This document shows, piece after piece, positions 1-13,990 of a DNA stretch of 64,000 nt. Positions within the stretch are counted from its first letter, which is position 1. The number at the start of each line of letters is the position of its first letter. The position numbers and the translations under genes were made by a program. The DNA comes from Eledone cirrhosa (Eukaryota): positions 84,134,001 to 84,198,000 of the forward strand of contig OZ024745.1 in the NCBI GenBank assembly GCA_964016885.1. Reading direction: 5' to 3'. Below the pieces are notes generated by a model. That model made no database searches and had not been told where the DNA came from. It saw nothing but the letters and a program-made list of their open reading frames with translations.

Positions 1-966
1 CCAGACTATTTATATCTATAGGTTTCTACTATAGCCAGCGTAGCTAGATTATAGGCTTTTGCTGTCCACACATATAATGGCTATTAATTCGTGTGACATT
101 GTAAATTTCTAAACTGACATTAAAGATAGTAATCATATCCAAAGTGTTTGAAAGAATTGGTAGTATTCATGCTATAATATAATCAATTTTTTTATTTTGT
201 TAATTATTAGAGAAAGGAGGGACAGCACTCATGGTATTCAGAAAGCACGCGCAGAATGGCGAAATTAAAACAGTTTTTGTCAAAAGTAGATCGTAAAGCA
301 TCCTAGTTTCTGTCCTAGTTTCAGTGTAATGGCAATATATATAGGAGAATTGATATTTCTGATATTGAAGTTAAGAACAAATAGTAAAGCTAGTTTTTTT
401 ATATATATCCTCTGGTGTATAGTGGTAATTAGCTTCCTATAAAACCTTGCCTTGTTAAATTTAGATTCGGGTTTTAATTCTGTTTCAGTATAAAACGTTG
501 CCAATTCTTTGCAGGCACATCCATTTTAATCATGTAAACGAAAATCCAATAACGAGAATGTTTATGCTTCACAGGAGATTAATTTTAGTTGCATAATTTA
601 TAGCTAGCTGATAATACCTGCCAGTAATTTGTGCTATTTGTTCTTAGCAATGAACATTTCACACCGTTTATACCAAATCATTTGTTGTTTGTATTTTTAA
701 TTTATTTATTACATAAAAGCAACACATTCTTTTAGTGTCCGACAGGTCGATTGCGACAAATTTTAAATTGGCATGTAAGTGTTTCTCTTGTGTTTCCTAG
801 CACATGTCAAACGCTAGCTGAGCAAAGATGTCAGCCGAATAAACATAAATGTAACCAGAATGGGTGTGTTGTTAAAATGTACGTTTCACATTAAATGGTT
901 CCAGGTTCCACCCAACTGCGTGGCAGTATAGACAAAAATGTATATACATATACATACATACATACA

Positions 967-3900
967 AACAATTACGCCAACAAGCGACGTTTGTTGAACG
1001 TAAAAATAAGATAAATAGTATTAATTGTAAGTCCCCCCCCCCCCCAACAAACATGTTATCAACAACACGTGCTACAGGTTGCCATGCTACTAGACTTCCT
1101 AGCAGCCAGGTCGAACAGTGCCTTGAAACAACTCTGCCTGTATGAAACTTGACACGACGTGTACCATCTAAGTCTACCTCTAAGACTGGGGAAAACACTA
1201 TCGATTATAATAATAATCGAAGAAATAATAATAATAATCGAAGAGTTTGACACCACGTGCACCATCCGAGTCTACCTCGACTGTTGTGGAAAATACTATC
1301 GATAATGATAATAATCAAAAGTATAAACAATTGAAAATTTCCCTCAACGAAATCTTCCAGAGAGAAATGAATTCATGTATAAATATCTCTCTTGCTGAAC
1401 GTATTAAAACGACAATATTTGATAAAAAAAACAAATAATGAAATATTACGTGTTATTAACGAAATAGGGGATGAATATTTACGATGGATAAAACGCCAAC
1501 ATTTTGGCAAATTGACGCCTGTTTATATGCATTAGCAACGACAGTGAAGCATTATCTTGGTGATAGCAGAGATATTAACAAGAACAGAACACCACCAAAA
1601 ATACCATCATATATAACTAAAATAGAAAAAAAGATTGCTGACCTACGAAAAAGCATAGGATATGTGACAATGCTCCTTACATGCAAACAAACACAAAAAA
1701 CCTCACTCCTCACCAACAAAGAGTAAAACATAAAATAGAGACGATGTTTGGTAACTGTAGAACCAGAACTCTTCAACATAAGCTGATCACCCTCAAACAA
1801 GAATTGAGAGCTGTTAGCGAAAAACGCCGATACCTGAAGAAGGTAGATGAGACAAAAGTACTTATTAAAAGATTCAGACGAAACCAGATATCAGTCTATA
1901 GAGATATTAAAAACAAAATAATAAGTGTCCCAGAAAGACAGATTCCTTTTGGAGCAAAATATGGGGTGAAAAGAAGAATTTCAACCAAGATGCAGTGTGG
2001 CTAAGAGAAATCCGAAAGAACTATTGCTCCTACACTACAACAAAAACATACGAAATAAGTGAGGGTACCCTTGAGACTGTGATAGGAAAACTCCAAGATA
2101 AGAAAACACCAGGAAGAGACATGATTTTCGGCTACTGGTACAAAAAACTGATATTCTATCGGAGGTATCTTACTGACTTCTACCAACAAGTTCTTAAGGG
2201 AGATACACTTATACCAGAATGGTTGACATTAGCACAAACATTACTGGTCCCCAACAACAAAGACACCCACTTGGTAAAAAACTACCGACCCATTGCATGC
2301 CAGAACCTGATGTATAAGATGTATACAGCCTGCCTGAACCTATTCCTCCAAGATCATTGTGAAAATAATAACATCATCACAGATGAACAAGCAGCTGGAA
2401 AGAAAGGGGTTTGGAGGATGTGCTGAACAACTCCTAATCAACAAAACTGCGATATCGGAGGTGCGACAACTTAGGAGGAATATGGCTACAGTCTGGCTGG
2501 ACTACAGGAAAGCTTTCGATCCTCTTCCCCACTCTTGGGTGATAGAGGCCCTCCAACTTGCTAAAGTCCCAGACATTATTGTCAGAGCCATAGAGAGGCT
2601 GTCTTCTTCTTGGGCTACTATCCTAAGGTTAAAGACAGAGAGGGAGAACTCTATTTTCACTGATACAATAAAATATTGCAGAGGTATATTTCAGGGGGGG
2701 GGGGGGGCAGTCTCTCTGTGATATTATTCATCTTGTCATTAAACCCCTTGTCCTTTCTGCTCAAGAAATGTGAGGGATACATCATTGGCTCACAGGAGGA
2801 CAGAAATACGAACCTAACCCATAATTTCTTTGTGGACGATCTGAAACTCTATTTCAAGAACATGGATGGGATGAAGAAAAATCTTGACCTGGTTACAACG
2901 TTCTCAAAGGATATAGGAATGGAGTTTGGCCAAGATAAATGTTCATACATGACTGTAAAGCGAGGGAAAACAACAACCCAATCTAGCAACATTGTCATCA
3001 ATGGCCTAACTATTTCACCGATATCTGATGAGGACTGCTACAGCAGATACCTGGGGATAGATGAGAACATATCCTATAATGGTATCTGTAATAAAGAACG
3101 CATAACCAGATAATACTACACCCGATTAAGAAAGATCTGGTTATCGGAACTCTCTGCGCAAAACAAAACAGTGGCTCACAATGTGTTTGCTGTGCCTGTC
3201 CTAACACCAACGTTTGGAATACTCAATTGAACGATAGACGAAATCCGAGCAGTTGATGTTGGAACTCGAAAATTATTAAACAACACCGGAAACTTCCACA
3301 TCAACAGTGACATAGACCGCCTGTACTTGAAACGTAAGCAGAGAGGCAGAGACCTAACATCAGTCCAGACATTTGAATGTCGCATCATATCTCTCCGACA
3401 TCTACGAACCTCGAAGCGTAGAAGCCCGTTTATCGGGCAAGTATATCTGCATGAAACAGATAAGATCATGAGAGTTGGGAAGGAACTCCTCGAGAGATAT
3501 TCCCTGTGTGATAATCAAAAATTCACACCCAGGGAAGTCGCTCAGCAGTATCGCAGTGAATCCATGGATGAAAAACTGCATGCTTCTCAGCAAAAAATCA
3601 TGCATGGATATGTTGCCAAGAAGCTCCAGAGTGAGAGTAATATAGATAAGGAAATTAGTCTATCTTGGACCAACAACCGCCATATTGGCTCCCACTTTGA
3701 AGGATACGCTTTTGCAATCCAAGAACAGGAGAATAACACGAAATACCTGATTTACAAAAGAGATAGGGATGCAGGAAAAACACCTAGATGTGGTAACAAG
3801 TGAAGACTCTGCAGAACTAACATCGAGGATATCACCCATGTCATCAGCAGCTGTCCAAAGATGTCATCGCGGTACTATCTACCTATGAGGTATGATGAGG

Positions 3901-4600
3901 TGGCCAAAACACTGTACAATGCAGTTCGTAAAAAGATAGCCCCGATAATAAACACATTAAAAGCTACAACAATGTGGAAGACATCCATGTACATAATATA
4001 AAAGAGTACTGGTGGAATGTTCCAGTAAAATGCAGGCATAACAGACCAGATATTTTGATATGGGACAGGGAAAAGAAAGCATGCACAGTAGTGGAAATTA
4101 GCTGCCCAGCGGATGCCAATATAATATCAAAGATTAGCGAAAAGGAGAATGTTTATGCAGAACTGATGAGAAATCTGCAGATACTCCACCCTGAGTACAC
4201 CTTCAGATTTATGTCTGTGATTATTGGGGCACGGGGATATGTTAGTAACTGCCTCAATACAAATCTTGAGAAGCTAGGCTTCACAGGAACAGAAAGAACA
4301 CAACTATTTAGGAAATTTCAAGTACAATCCATTAATGGAACAGTAAAAATATGTAAAACATTCCAAACATTTTGCATCTAATAACTGCATATACACATGT
4401 ACATATACAAAACATATACACATGCACACATACAACTCAAAACATCCACATCCACACATACAATAACATCCATATCTACACATGCATACATAATCTACCT
4501 AGTTGATGTGTAAATTCGAATGAGAGAGTCTTGTGTCTATGTTAGAAACTGACTCTCTCTCTCTTGGGAAAAAATTTGTGAAATTCTAAAACCAAAAGAA
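967..4600 (+). mobile_element. R4/Dong-clade non-LTR retrotransposon (RT + restriction-like endonuclease), near full length, frameshifted
   Basis: Consecutive ORF pieces 1484-4381 give KTPGRD, NYRPIACQNLMYK, WLDYRKAFD, GIFQG, FFVDDLKLY, YLGI, a CCHC knuckle remnant (xRLC..EDITHVISSC) and the REL motif HNRPDILIWD..VVEISCP..K. Flanked by (CATA)n at 945-966 and 4601-4690. Confidence 0.92.
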
Positions 4601-4662
4601 CATGCATACATACATACATACATACATACATACATACATACATACATACATACATACATACA

Positions 4663-4690
<28 letters not shown>
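4601..4690. repeat. (CATA)n microsatellite, probable target of the R4-like element
   Basis: Direct reading of the sequence. Confidence 0.97.
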
Positions 4691-4695
<5 letters not shown>

Positions 4696-5015
4696 GTATG
4701 AATACATATATGTATATAAGGATTATATAACATTATCATGTTTATTCACGTCAACAAACTATATATATATATAACATTTCGAAGATAAACTATCGGAGCG
4801 TTGAATAGACTGAGATTCTTAGACAATGTAGAAATCTTTAACTCAGAAAAAAATTATAGCCACAGTCTATAATAATAACTGAAATAATCGTGTAGACGGA
4901 AAAAAGTGTCCAGCTGCCTCTACGAAGAATCGAATCCTATATCCCTGTCTGGTGTCGTTTAGCTCAATAGCTTTCTATTTATAGCCATCTAATTTATGTG
5001 TATTTACCAATATAT

Positions 5016-7809
5016 CTGGACTCTGGGACGTTTGTCCATGAAAACAAGACCATCCTGTTCTCAGGCCGTCAGAACGGGACCCACCGAGACGGAGTTGCAA
5101 TCATCATGGACAGGGCTGCCAATGGTGCCCTTGAGGAGTGGACTCCTATCAACGAACGCCTAATGACAGCAAGATTCACCACATCACATGCAAAGGTCAC
5201 CATAGCTCAGTGCTATGCTCCAACCAACGAACATAACGCTGATGACAAGGACGCTTTCTACCAGCAACTACAAGATGTTGTAAACAAAACCCCACTTCAT
5301 GACATCTTGATCATCATGAGAGACATGAACGCACAGATCGGGGGAAGCAGGATTGGCTTTGAACATGTCCTTGGCCCCCATGCTTATGGAAATCGTACGG
5401 ACAACGGGGACAGGTTTTCCAGTTCTGTGCCATGAACAATAGGAAAATCGGCTCGTCACTATTTGACCACAAGAACATCCACAAGGTCACATGGGCTTCG
5501 AACGACCACAGGACCAAGACACAAATAGACCACATTGCGATTGGCCCAAGTTGGAGAGCTTCTTGCCTGCAGGACGTCCGAGTCCACCGAGGCGCAGATG
5601 TCTGCAGTGACCACTATCTGTCTGTTACCAAACTTAAAATCAGACTGAGGAAGCAGAAGAAGAAAGCACCCACTTACAAGGCGTTTTGACACTACCAAGC
5701 TGAAGAACGGTGACACAGAAGCACAGTTCGAGGCTGCTTTGAGGAACAGATTTTCTGTCCTTGAGGAGTCTGCACCAGGCTCGGTCAATTGGTGGGAGGA
5801 AATGAAGAAGACCATGGAAGCTGCAGGCGAAGAAATCCTGGGCTACAGGAAGTCCCTCAGAGAAGCTTGGGTCAGCGACAACACCTGGCAGCTGATTAAT
5901 GAAAGGAAAGCCCTACACCAGCAGAGGCATGCCACTACCCCAGAAGCCATCAAGGTATATCAGCAGTATGTTGACAAGGACAAGGAGGTGAAACGCAGCG
6001 CCCAAAAGGACAAACGAATGTGGCTTGAGGGTAAGGCAGAGGAGGCGGAAGCAGCTGCGGCCGCAATGACATGCGCTCTGTGTACCAAATTGCCAAGAAA
6101 ATCACCGGCAGCTCTAGAGCTAACTCAGGCCCGGTGAAAGCGAAAGATAGTACGCTGCTTTCCAAGGGTGAAGAAAAGTTAGTCAGATGGGCTGAACTTT
6201 TCAAGGAAGTCCTCAACCGACCGGAGCCGCGTGTGCCAGCAGACACTAAGGAACCTACAAGTTTGTTGCCTAGCAATACTGATGACTTCACCGAGAAGGA
6301 AGTCCGCATGGCCATCAAAACCCTTAAGTATAACAAGTCACCAGGTATGGATGGCATTTCTGCTGAAATGCTGAAGTCAGGAGGCGAAAGCATGGTCAAG
6401 TGGATGGGCCACTTATGTAATCTTGTGTGGAACACGGGTGAAGTCCCAGAGGATTAGAGAAACGGAGCGGTTGTCTGTATCCCCAAGAAGGGCAACCTTG
6501 CCGATTGTGACAACTGGAGGGGAGTGACACTTCTCTCCATACCAAGGAAGGTCTACTGTCTGATGATCCTGAACCGCATACGTGGCATGGTAGACCGGGA
6601 ACTGCGAGAACAACAGGCAGGGTTCCGACCAAAACGTTCCTGTGCAGAGAAGATCTTTACGTTACGCCGCATCATTGAGAGGTACAACGAATTCCAGAGG
6701 CCCATCGCCATCAGCTTCATCGATTTCTCCAAAGCATTCGATAGAATTCATCGACCGTCACTCTGGAGCATCATGCATGAGTATGGTCTGCCCCAGAAAG
6801 TCATTTCCGCAATCAAACAGATTTACGCAAACTCCAAGAGCTGCATACGGACAGAGGATGGTTACAGTGACTGGTTTGAGGTGGTTACTGGCGTGCGTCA
6901 AGGTTGCTCGCTCTCTCCAATTCTCTTTGCCATAGCCATTGACTGGGTACTAAGAAGAGCGTCTAAAGACCAAGGTATATCTTGGGTGGGAGAACAAAAG
7001 TTGACTGACCTGGACTTTGCGGACGATATTGCTGCACTTGCAGAGAGCACAGCTGACCTGCAAATCATTATGAACAATATCAATGTCGAAGCAGGAAGCT
7101 TAAGTCTCAATATCAGTGCTAAGAAGACCAAAAGCATGTTATCTGGGACACACCCATCACCAACTAGTGTCTTCATTGAACAGGGGGAGGTGGAGATAGT
7201 GGACAACTTCACCTACCTAGGAAGCTCCATTGACAATGGGGCGCCATGGACAGTGAATTGCAATGTAGAATAGGAAAGGCTTCAGCAGCATTTAACCAGC
7301 TTGACAAGATCTGGAAGAGCAGGAAGTTCATCCTCAAAACAAAGATAAGATTCTACAAGAGCAACGTGTTGTCCACACTCTTGTACGGAAGTGAAACATG
7401 GCACCTTAAGACCAGCCAAGAGAAGAAGTTGGACGCATTCGATTCCAGGTGTCTGCGAAAGATCCTGGGGATTAAATGGAGTGACCATGTAACAAACCAG
7501 GAAGACAGGAACCGCACCAACCAGCAGCTAGTCTCTTCTGCCATATGCAAGCGACGCCTGGGCTGGTTTGGGCACGCTTTGAGACTTCCCCCGGAGAGAC
7601 TGGCGAACCAAGTACTTAAATGGAGCCCGCAGGGAAGCAGACGGAGAGGGCGACCCAAAATGAACTGGCGCCAGACAGTTGAGAGGGACCTGCGAGCGAC
7701 AAACAGACAATGGCGGGACGCTGTGCAACTGGCTGCTGACCAAACGCGGTGGAACACTATGATTGCCTCATGCGTCGCAAGGCGCGGGAGCTTCTGAGTC
7801 TGAGTCTGA
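5016..7809 (+). mobile_element. RTE-clade LINE, 5'-truncated, few frameshifts (APE endonuclease + RT)
   Basis: APE motifs GVAIIM, QCYAPT, DMNAQIG, QIDHI, SDH. RT motifs KSPGMDGI, QAGFR, FIDFSKAFD, GVRQGCSLSP, DLDFADD, FTYLGS. C-terminal RRLGWFGH..GRP. 3' tail (CTGAGT)n at 7794-7809. Confidence 0.95.
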
Positions 7810-7834
7810 AACAAGAACAACAATAACAACGTTA

Positions 7835-8065
7835 CTCCAGCTCATTCAGCTGTAGAAATGAGTTGCGATGTCACGGGTGCCAAGCTGTGTCGGCCTTTCG
7901 CTTTCCCTTGGGCAACACCGGTGACGCGGAGCGGGATGACTGGTATGCATGTGCAACTGTTTGTCTTCCACAAAACCACCTTACTCGGACTTGTGTCGCA
8001 AAGGGTTACTTTCTAGGCGTTAAACCCATAGTCATTCGTTACTGAAGGGGTCTTTATTCTTTTTT
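7835..8065 (+). mobile_element. SINE 3' part (CORE-like family), related to 55983-56215
   Basis: ctccagctcattcagctgtagaaatgagttgcgatgtcacgggtgccaagctg matches the reverse complement of 56115-56170. Confidence 0.6.
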
Positions 8066-9140
8066 AAATACAAAAGTAATAATTTGTTTAAGTATATCAA
8101 TTGTCCCATATATATATATATACATTAGTTAATAAAAACATGGTAACAATATAGCATAATTATCTTGTCATTAGTATGAAATAATTATGAAGAAAACTTT
8201 GATATTAATTAAGGTGATAAAACTTTGATATTAAGTAAAGAAAAAAAAATAGACGTTAAACTCTGAAGATGATGATGTCGAAAGGCAAAGCTGACCTCGG
8301 CAGGATTTGAACCCAGCGATTTAGGCACACGATCAACAATTTTAGGGGAGGGGATTTCGAAAAAAATTGACACTAGTGCGTTGCTTGTACTTTATTGATT
8401 AAATTAAAACACAGGAAGATAAAATTATAAGCTGTTTCTGAAATATACTAGTATTTTATTGCGTATTGAATATGTAGTATACAGGAATATGTTTGCTGGT
8501 ATGAATTTTGAGAAAGACGTTTGTTTCGTTGTTTCCTTGACAATCATTATTTTAGAATATTAAAATATTCTTTTGCATTGTTCAGACTTGCTCAGAAAAG
8601 AATTAATATATTGGCAATAGAAACAGTACAAAGACGGCTTTGTATTTCCTTGATAACCAGAAAAAAGATAAGAAAAGTGTTAAAAGTAACACAACATTTG
8701 GAGAAAAAGAAATAGAAAAGATAAGAACTTCAAAGAAAAGAAGAACAGCACGTCATTGGTTATGTTTGATACACATAACAATCAAAAATAAGATTTTGTT
8801 AATTGATTATTATATTATAATGATTGTACAGTATTTTCTGACCGTTTGTTATACGGACTCCACAACCTAACAATAAGATTCATGAAACTAAATAAACAAT
8901 AAGACAAAAATGAACGTGAAGTGAGGATGGTGAAGATAAATTTTGTATTTATGTATCTAAAATGCTTTCGTTTATGTCGGAAGTCAGCGTTTTTTCCAAA
9001 GGATTAGTCTGGTTCTCTCGCTATTTATCCTCTCTCTCACTTTCTCTTTCTCTCCCCCTCTCTCTCTCTTTCTCTCTCTCTCGCTATTTATCCTTTTAGC
9101 TGTATATATATGTACATATATATATATGTATATATATATG

Positions 9141-9178
<38 letters not shown>

Positions 9179-9799
9179 CATACATATATATATATGTATG
9201 CCACCCCCTATATATATATACATACACACACACACATATATATATGTGTGTGTGTGTGTGTGTATGTGTGTATATATATATATATAGGGGTGGAATACAT
9301 ATGTATATAGATGTGAATATGTATGTGAGGGTATGCATATATATGTATATGTATTGCTTTACAACAGGGCCAATACCTTCCTTTTGCTATGCCCCTGGCG
9401 ATCACCTTCGTATTATGTTTTATTAAGTTTATGAGCGGGATTTTCGCACATTATTTCGGTTTATCTTCTCATTGTTTCCCCTCTCCTGAAATTGAAACAG
9501 AAAGTTTTTCCTTTTTCTCAAACGTCTGCCAGAGCCTGCTTTAATTCGTTTTTCGATAGCATAGAGAATTCGCCCTTTATTTGTAGAACAAATGCAGATT
9601 AGCTTTCTCCTTGCTCGTTTCTAAGAATATTCTTATGGAAACGGTGATGCAATACCTTACAGCACAATACTGCCTCTACTCTGTTTTCGTCCATAAATTA
9701 TCTATATTCAACCGTTGAACAATTGAAATTACTCACGTGAAACTAACTCTATTGCTAGGCTTCGAGCTTGTCAACGTTTGTTTATATGTATGAGTGTTT

Positions 9800-10140
9800 T
9801 TGTTGCAGTTGTTGTTGATGATGATGTTGTTGCAGCTGTTATTGCAGAAATAATTGCAGTAATGATTTGCTGTTATTGCTATTGTAGCTTATGTAGTTGT
9901 TGTTGCAGTTGTTATTGTTGCTGTTGCTGTTCTTATTGTTGTTACAGTTGTTGCTGATGTTGTTGATAATGTTTTTGCTGCTGTTGTTGTTGCATTGTTG
10001 TCGTTGTGACTGTTGTTGCAGTAATTCTTGTTCCAGTTGTTGTTGTTACAGTTAATGTTGCAGTCGTTGTTCATCTTCTTCTCCACCTCCAGTATCTTCT
10101 TCTATTCTTCTTCTTTTTCTTCTTCTTCTTCTTTTCCTTC
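9800..10140. repeat. Degenerate (GTT/GCT)n and (TTC)n low-complexity tract
   Basis: Direct reading of the sequence. Confidence 0.85.
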
Positions 10141-10677
10141 TCCTTACCGAAAGGACTTTGAGAAAGAGTCAATAAATTGTTTCTTGCCAACAATATGAAG
10201 CCTTCTGTATCCTAAGATTTTATGTTCGACTGCGAAGAACGCTTGTTTCCTTTTCTGTTTTTGTGTTTGTTGGAATATTTCAGTCTTTGATTGTCGATGA
10301 ATGTCATTTTTTGTTGTTTTTGTATTTTTACTAAAAGTCAATTAATTTAAAATCACATGAATTCTATCAAATAAAATTATGACACGTGCATATAACAATA
10401 CCAAGCAAATTCATTGCTATTCAACGCCCAGAGACGAAACAAACACGTTATAATGATGATGGTAATGATAATAAATAAAATCTTACAATGGAAATGTTAC
10501 GGAAACCTTGTTTGGTTGGAAAGGCTAGGATGATACGGAAGGTATTGGAAACAATGTCATGATACCTACGATCACAGGATGTGGTCTGCTCTCTTGATTA
10601 GAACATGAATTAAGAACGATCCTAAGGGAGGACAAAATGCTACTACTACTATTGCTACTACTAATAATAATAATAAT

Positions 10678-10853
10678 TGTTTCTACTTTTGGCACAAGGC
10701 CAGCAATTATCCCAGTGCATTACTGGTGGTTTATGTTATCGACCCCGTAAGGATGAAAGGCAAAGTTAACCTCGGCGGGATTTGAACTCAGAAAGTAAAG
10801 GGCCATAACTATGCTGCAAAGCATGGCGTTTGACGCTCTACCGATACTGCCAA
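10678..10853 (-). mobile_element. tRNA-derived SINE (Meta-like central domain)
   Basis: Minus strand has an A-box-like TGGCAGTATCGG, a B-box GAGTTCAAATCC and GCCTTTCATCCTTACGGGGTCGATAA. Same family as 42687-42871. Confidence 0.85.
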
Positions 10854-10861
10854 TAATAATA

Positions 10862-12872
10862 AGTCATGTGCTGTTGAGCGCTCGTGGTAACATGTAACCC
10901 AGTACAACCTGTTGCATGATCGGGTCGTCGCCGATTAAACCGGTAACCCCATCTAGCTTTTTTAGTGAGCAGGAGGATTTTTGGACATTCTATGGAATGA
11001 AAAACAAAATCCGTCAAAAGTCGGGGAAACTCAAGAGAGTTTCAGACATCCAAAAATGTATGTACATATGTATGCAATAAGGGTAGACAGGCCTCTCTAA
11101 GCTTTTTCAAGTAAACCTTACTAGTGTACTACACGAGTCTGTCTCTTACCAGTAAAGATAAAATGGAATTTATATGTTAAAAATGCCTAAATCCCTTAAA
11201 CCGTACAACATCGTCCATCGCTCGGGTTATCAAGAGATACATCTCTCACTGATACAACAGGGCACTGGAGAAATGAAATCCCCAACCTTGGACCAGTAGA
11301 ATAAACAACACACGAAATTAACAAACAAATCTAAAACGAACTAGGCAGGAATATAAACAGGTTATGACAGCTTTCTATACATTAAACAATCTCAAATTAA
11401 ATGTTACAAAACAAACATACATTGAATGTAGGAATCTGGTCGGCGAAAACACTCACCCGTATATAGGTGCAAATAAACTAGAAAACACGCGTAGATACAT
11501 TGTAAATAAATTGACAGTGATTGAATTAGAACAGATATGAACATAGTGTAATAAAAGAGAACCAGAAATACCAATGCAGCCTAACAACACCAGAACACCT
11601 ACAGTAACATTTGATAACATGTCAGAAGAAAGCAACGAGATGAGTGACGAAAACAGACAAAATAGAAACATTGATGAAGAATGAGAAATACAGCTGCTGG
11701 AGCTAATGGAAACGGCTGCATGATTCTAGAAGACAATGCACAATATATTGCAGAAGCTAAAGAAAACATTGTAAGAGAGTTACGTAAATCCTTATCTACC
11801 AAAATGAACGACAAAGACAAACTACCTAAGTTTCAGAAGAACAAAAAGAATACTCATAAGGTCAAAATATACAATGCTACAATGAAGGAGACTTTGGCAG
11901 AAGGTGAACATTAACTAAAGCCTCTTAACAACTCCGTATGCGGTGTAGCTAAAGCTTTAAACTGTAAAATTGGTCTTAAAATGAAGAAAACGAAAGCCAG
12001 ATATGTTCATTAGCACCCTAAAGGAAAATAAAAAATACAGAAAGAAATTGATAACCTGAGAGGTGAAATGTCAATAGTCGAAGAGCTAACCAACTGTGTG
12101 AACGCAAAGAAAGCGGGAAAAGTTAAAATAAAGTATAAGGTCACACGTGAAGAGAATCTATTGAACTCCAAAGAGAATCTGAAACAACGCATCCAGATCA
12201 AAACACGAAGTTATACGACACGAGAAGTTCTACAAACAAAACAGAATCATTCAAACTGATGCAGATACATTTTACCGAGAAATAGGGAAAACATCAGTTG
12301 AAATTAAGGAAACACCTAACATGAACGATGTTCAACAATTCTTGAAAGATATGAGGAACATCAATGAAAAGCAATATAATGAAAAGGCTGAATGGATTAA
12401 TGGAGAAATAGCCAGAATGAGAGATATTAGCCACTAAGAATGGCAAGAAATAGAGCTGCGACAACTAAGGTAAACAACATAGATGGAAATATCCTGGAAT
12501 AGACCAGATATATAACTTTTGGCTGAATGCACTTACAGGTATACATAAAAAACTTGCTAATTAGAGGACGTCTATAATACAAAACCCAGGGAAAACTCCG
12601 AATTTGTTTAAAGAAAACATATAAGCCAATAACTTGTCTCTCTACGACTTGCAAAATCCTGACATCCATACTAACTGAGCGGATGATATACAAATACCTT
12701 GATGAAAATGAAATCTATCCACAAGATTATTATGGAACGTTCTTTGTAGAAAGCAGTGTATATGAACTTGTCAATAGTTATCGACAAAAATTTCCACAAC
12801 TAGCAATTCAAAACAACTTAAAACAAAAAATTGTTCGGAGCTCACAATATTAAGTCTTCACAAGTTAATCGC
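10862..12872 (+). mobile_element. Old, internally deleted R4/Dong-like LINE in (TAA)n
   Basis: Fragments translate to KFYKQNRIIQTDADTFYREIGK, NFWLNALT and YKPITCLSTTCKILTSILTER (R4-type pre-RT/RT start). (TAA)n on both sides (10852, 12873). Confidence 0.75.
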
Positions 12873-13303
12873 CAATAGTAATAATAATAATGCAGATATA
12901 GTATGCAAGAATAACCACGTAAACAAACTTTTCCATTTGTAAAAGATCTGTTGGTAATGATGTTTACTTTGCTCTGTTAAAATTGGATAACGAGGATTTT
13001 TTTCTGAAGAAAGTACATTGATTTTTCATGAAGTATCAGTTTTGTTTTTACGGTAAGAATGGGGTGAAAAATTTCTTAAAGTATATAACTAAATAAAGAA
13101 TTTACTTTAAGTCAATATTTGAGTTTCACAAAGCTATTAACTGAGTTGTCTGATATGATTTTTATTTCCATTGGTTGCAATAAATTGAACAGATATCTTT
13201 AAAATATTCGATACAAAATACGTTGGATTTGCTATATCAGGAATTTATAAAGTGCTACAGAATATACTTAACATTTCAGTATATAAATACATGTTAAATT
13301 AAT

Positions 13304-13394
13304 TGTTTCTACTTTAGGCACAAGGCCAGCAATTACCCAGTGCATTACTGGTACTTTATTTTATCGACCCCGTAAGGATGAAAGGCAAAGTCAA
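13304..13394 (-). mobile_element. 5'-truncated SINE with 13-bp target-site duplication ATGTTAAATTAAT
   Basis: Same family 3' end; TSD at 13291-13303 and 13395-13407. Confidence 0.85.
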
Positions 13395-13680
13395 TGTTAA
13401 ATTAATGCTATTTGTTCTTTGCTGTAGATTTTACACAAGCATTGAGGCCCTTAACGGAGGCGATTCCCTTAACGGAATCACATCAATGAAAAGACAATCA
13501 TTTCTAATTCTTCTCTTCTCAAGTATAGAGCGGCTATGGATATTCTGAAAGATGCCATTTTTGATTGTTTTTTGTTAAAATTCGTCGCAACTCTTATCAA
13601 AATCATTGTTACATATCTAACTTAAATTAGATCTCTAATGCTCTCGGAGAAATAAAGACCTTACTTGTTCCCTTTGTCGA

Positions 13681-13990
13681 CGCAGCATGGCTGAATGGCT
13701 TAATAATGCCCTTCACAATCATTAGGTCCCAAGTTTAGTACCACTGCTGGGCGCCATCTTCAGCAAATTACATTTACTATAACCTCAAATCGACCAATAC
13801 ATTGAGATTGAGAATGGGTGGACGGGAAATGTTTGGAAGCATGTTGGATTGATTGCACCTGTATTTCGAAGATACAGCCGCGTCATACACTGTGTGACAC
13901 GCTAATTCTCTACAATAATTACATTAAGGGTACACGCGTCTTGATATACCCAGCCACGTACACGTTTATTTCCCGAGCAGGATGTCCCGT
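13681..13990 (+). mobile_element. Degenerate tRNA-derived SINE of a second family
   Basis: tRNA-like head (gcatggctgaatggctt...ggtcccaagtttagtacc). Body composition differs from the flanks. Confidence 0.45.

Noticed and set aside
280-504. 74-aa minus-strand ORF
   Set aside because: No recognisable motif; possibly decayed TE sequence but unsupported.
2693-2707. G-run at the frame break in the R4-like RT as a programmed frameshift
   Set aside because: It interrupts the conserved QGD motif in a copy with many other lesions; homopolymer expansion or sequencing error is more likely.
5268-7829. Minus-strand ORFs over the RTE element
   Set aside because: Antisense shadows of the LINE ORF.
8259-8292. 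CTGAAGA..GAAA hammerhead-like string
   Set aside because: No stem III, cleavage triplet or stem I; the GAAA belongs to a SINE fragment.
10862-11050. Possible ribozyme at the 5' end of the Dong-like element
   Set aside because: I could not build an HDV or hammerhead fold by eye.
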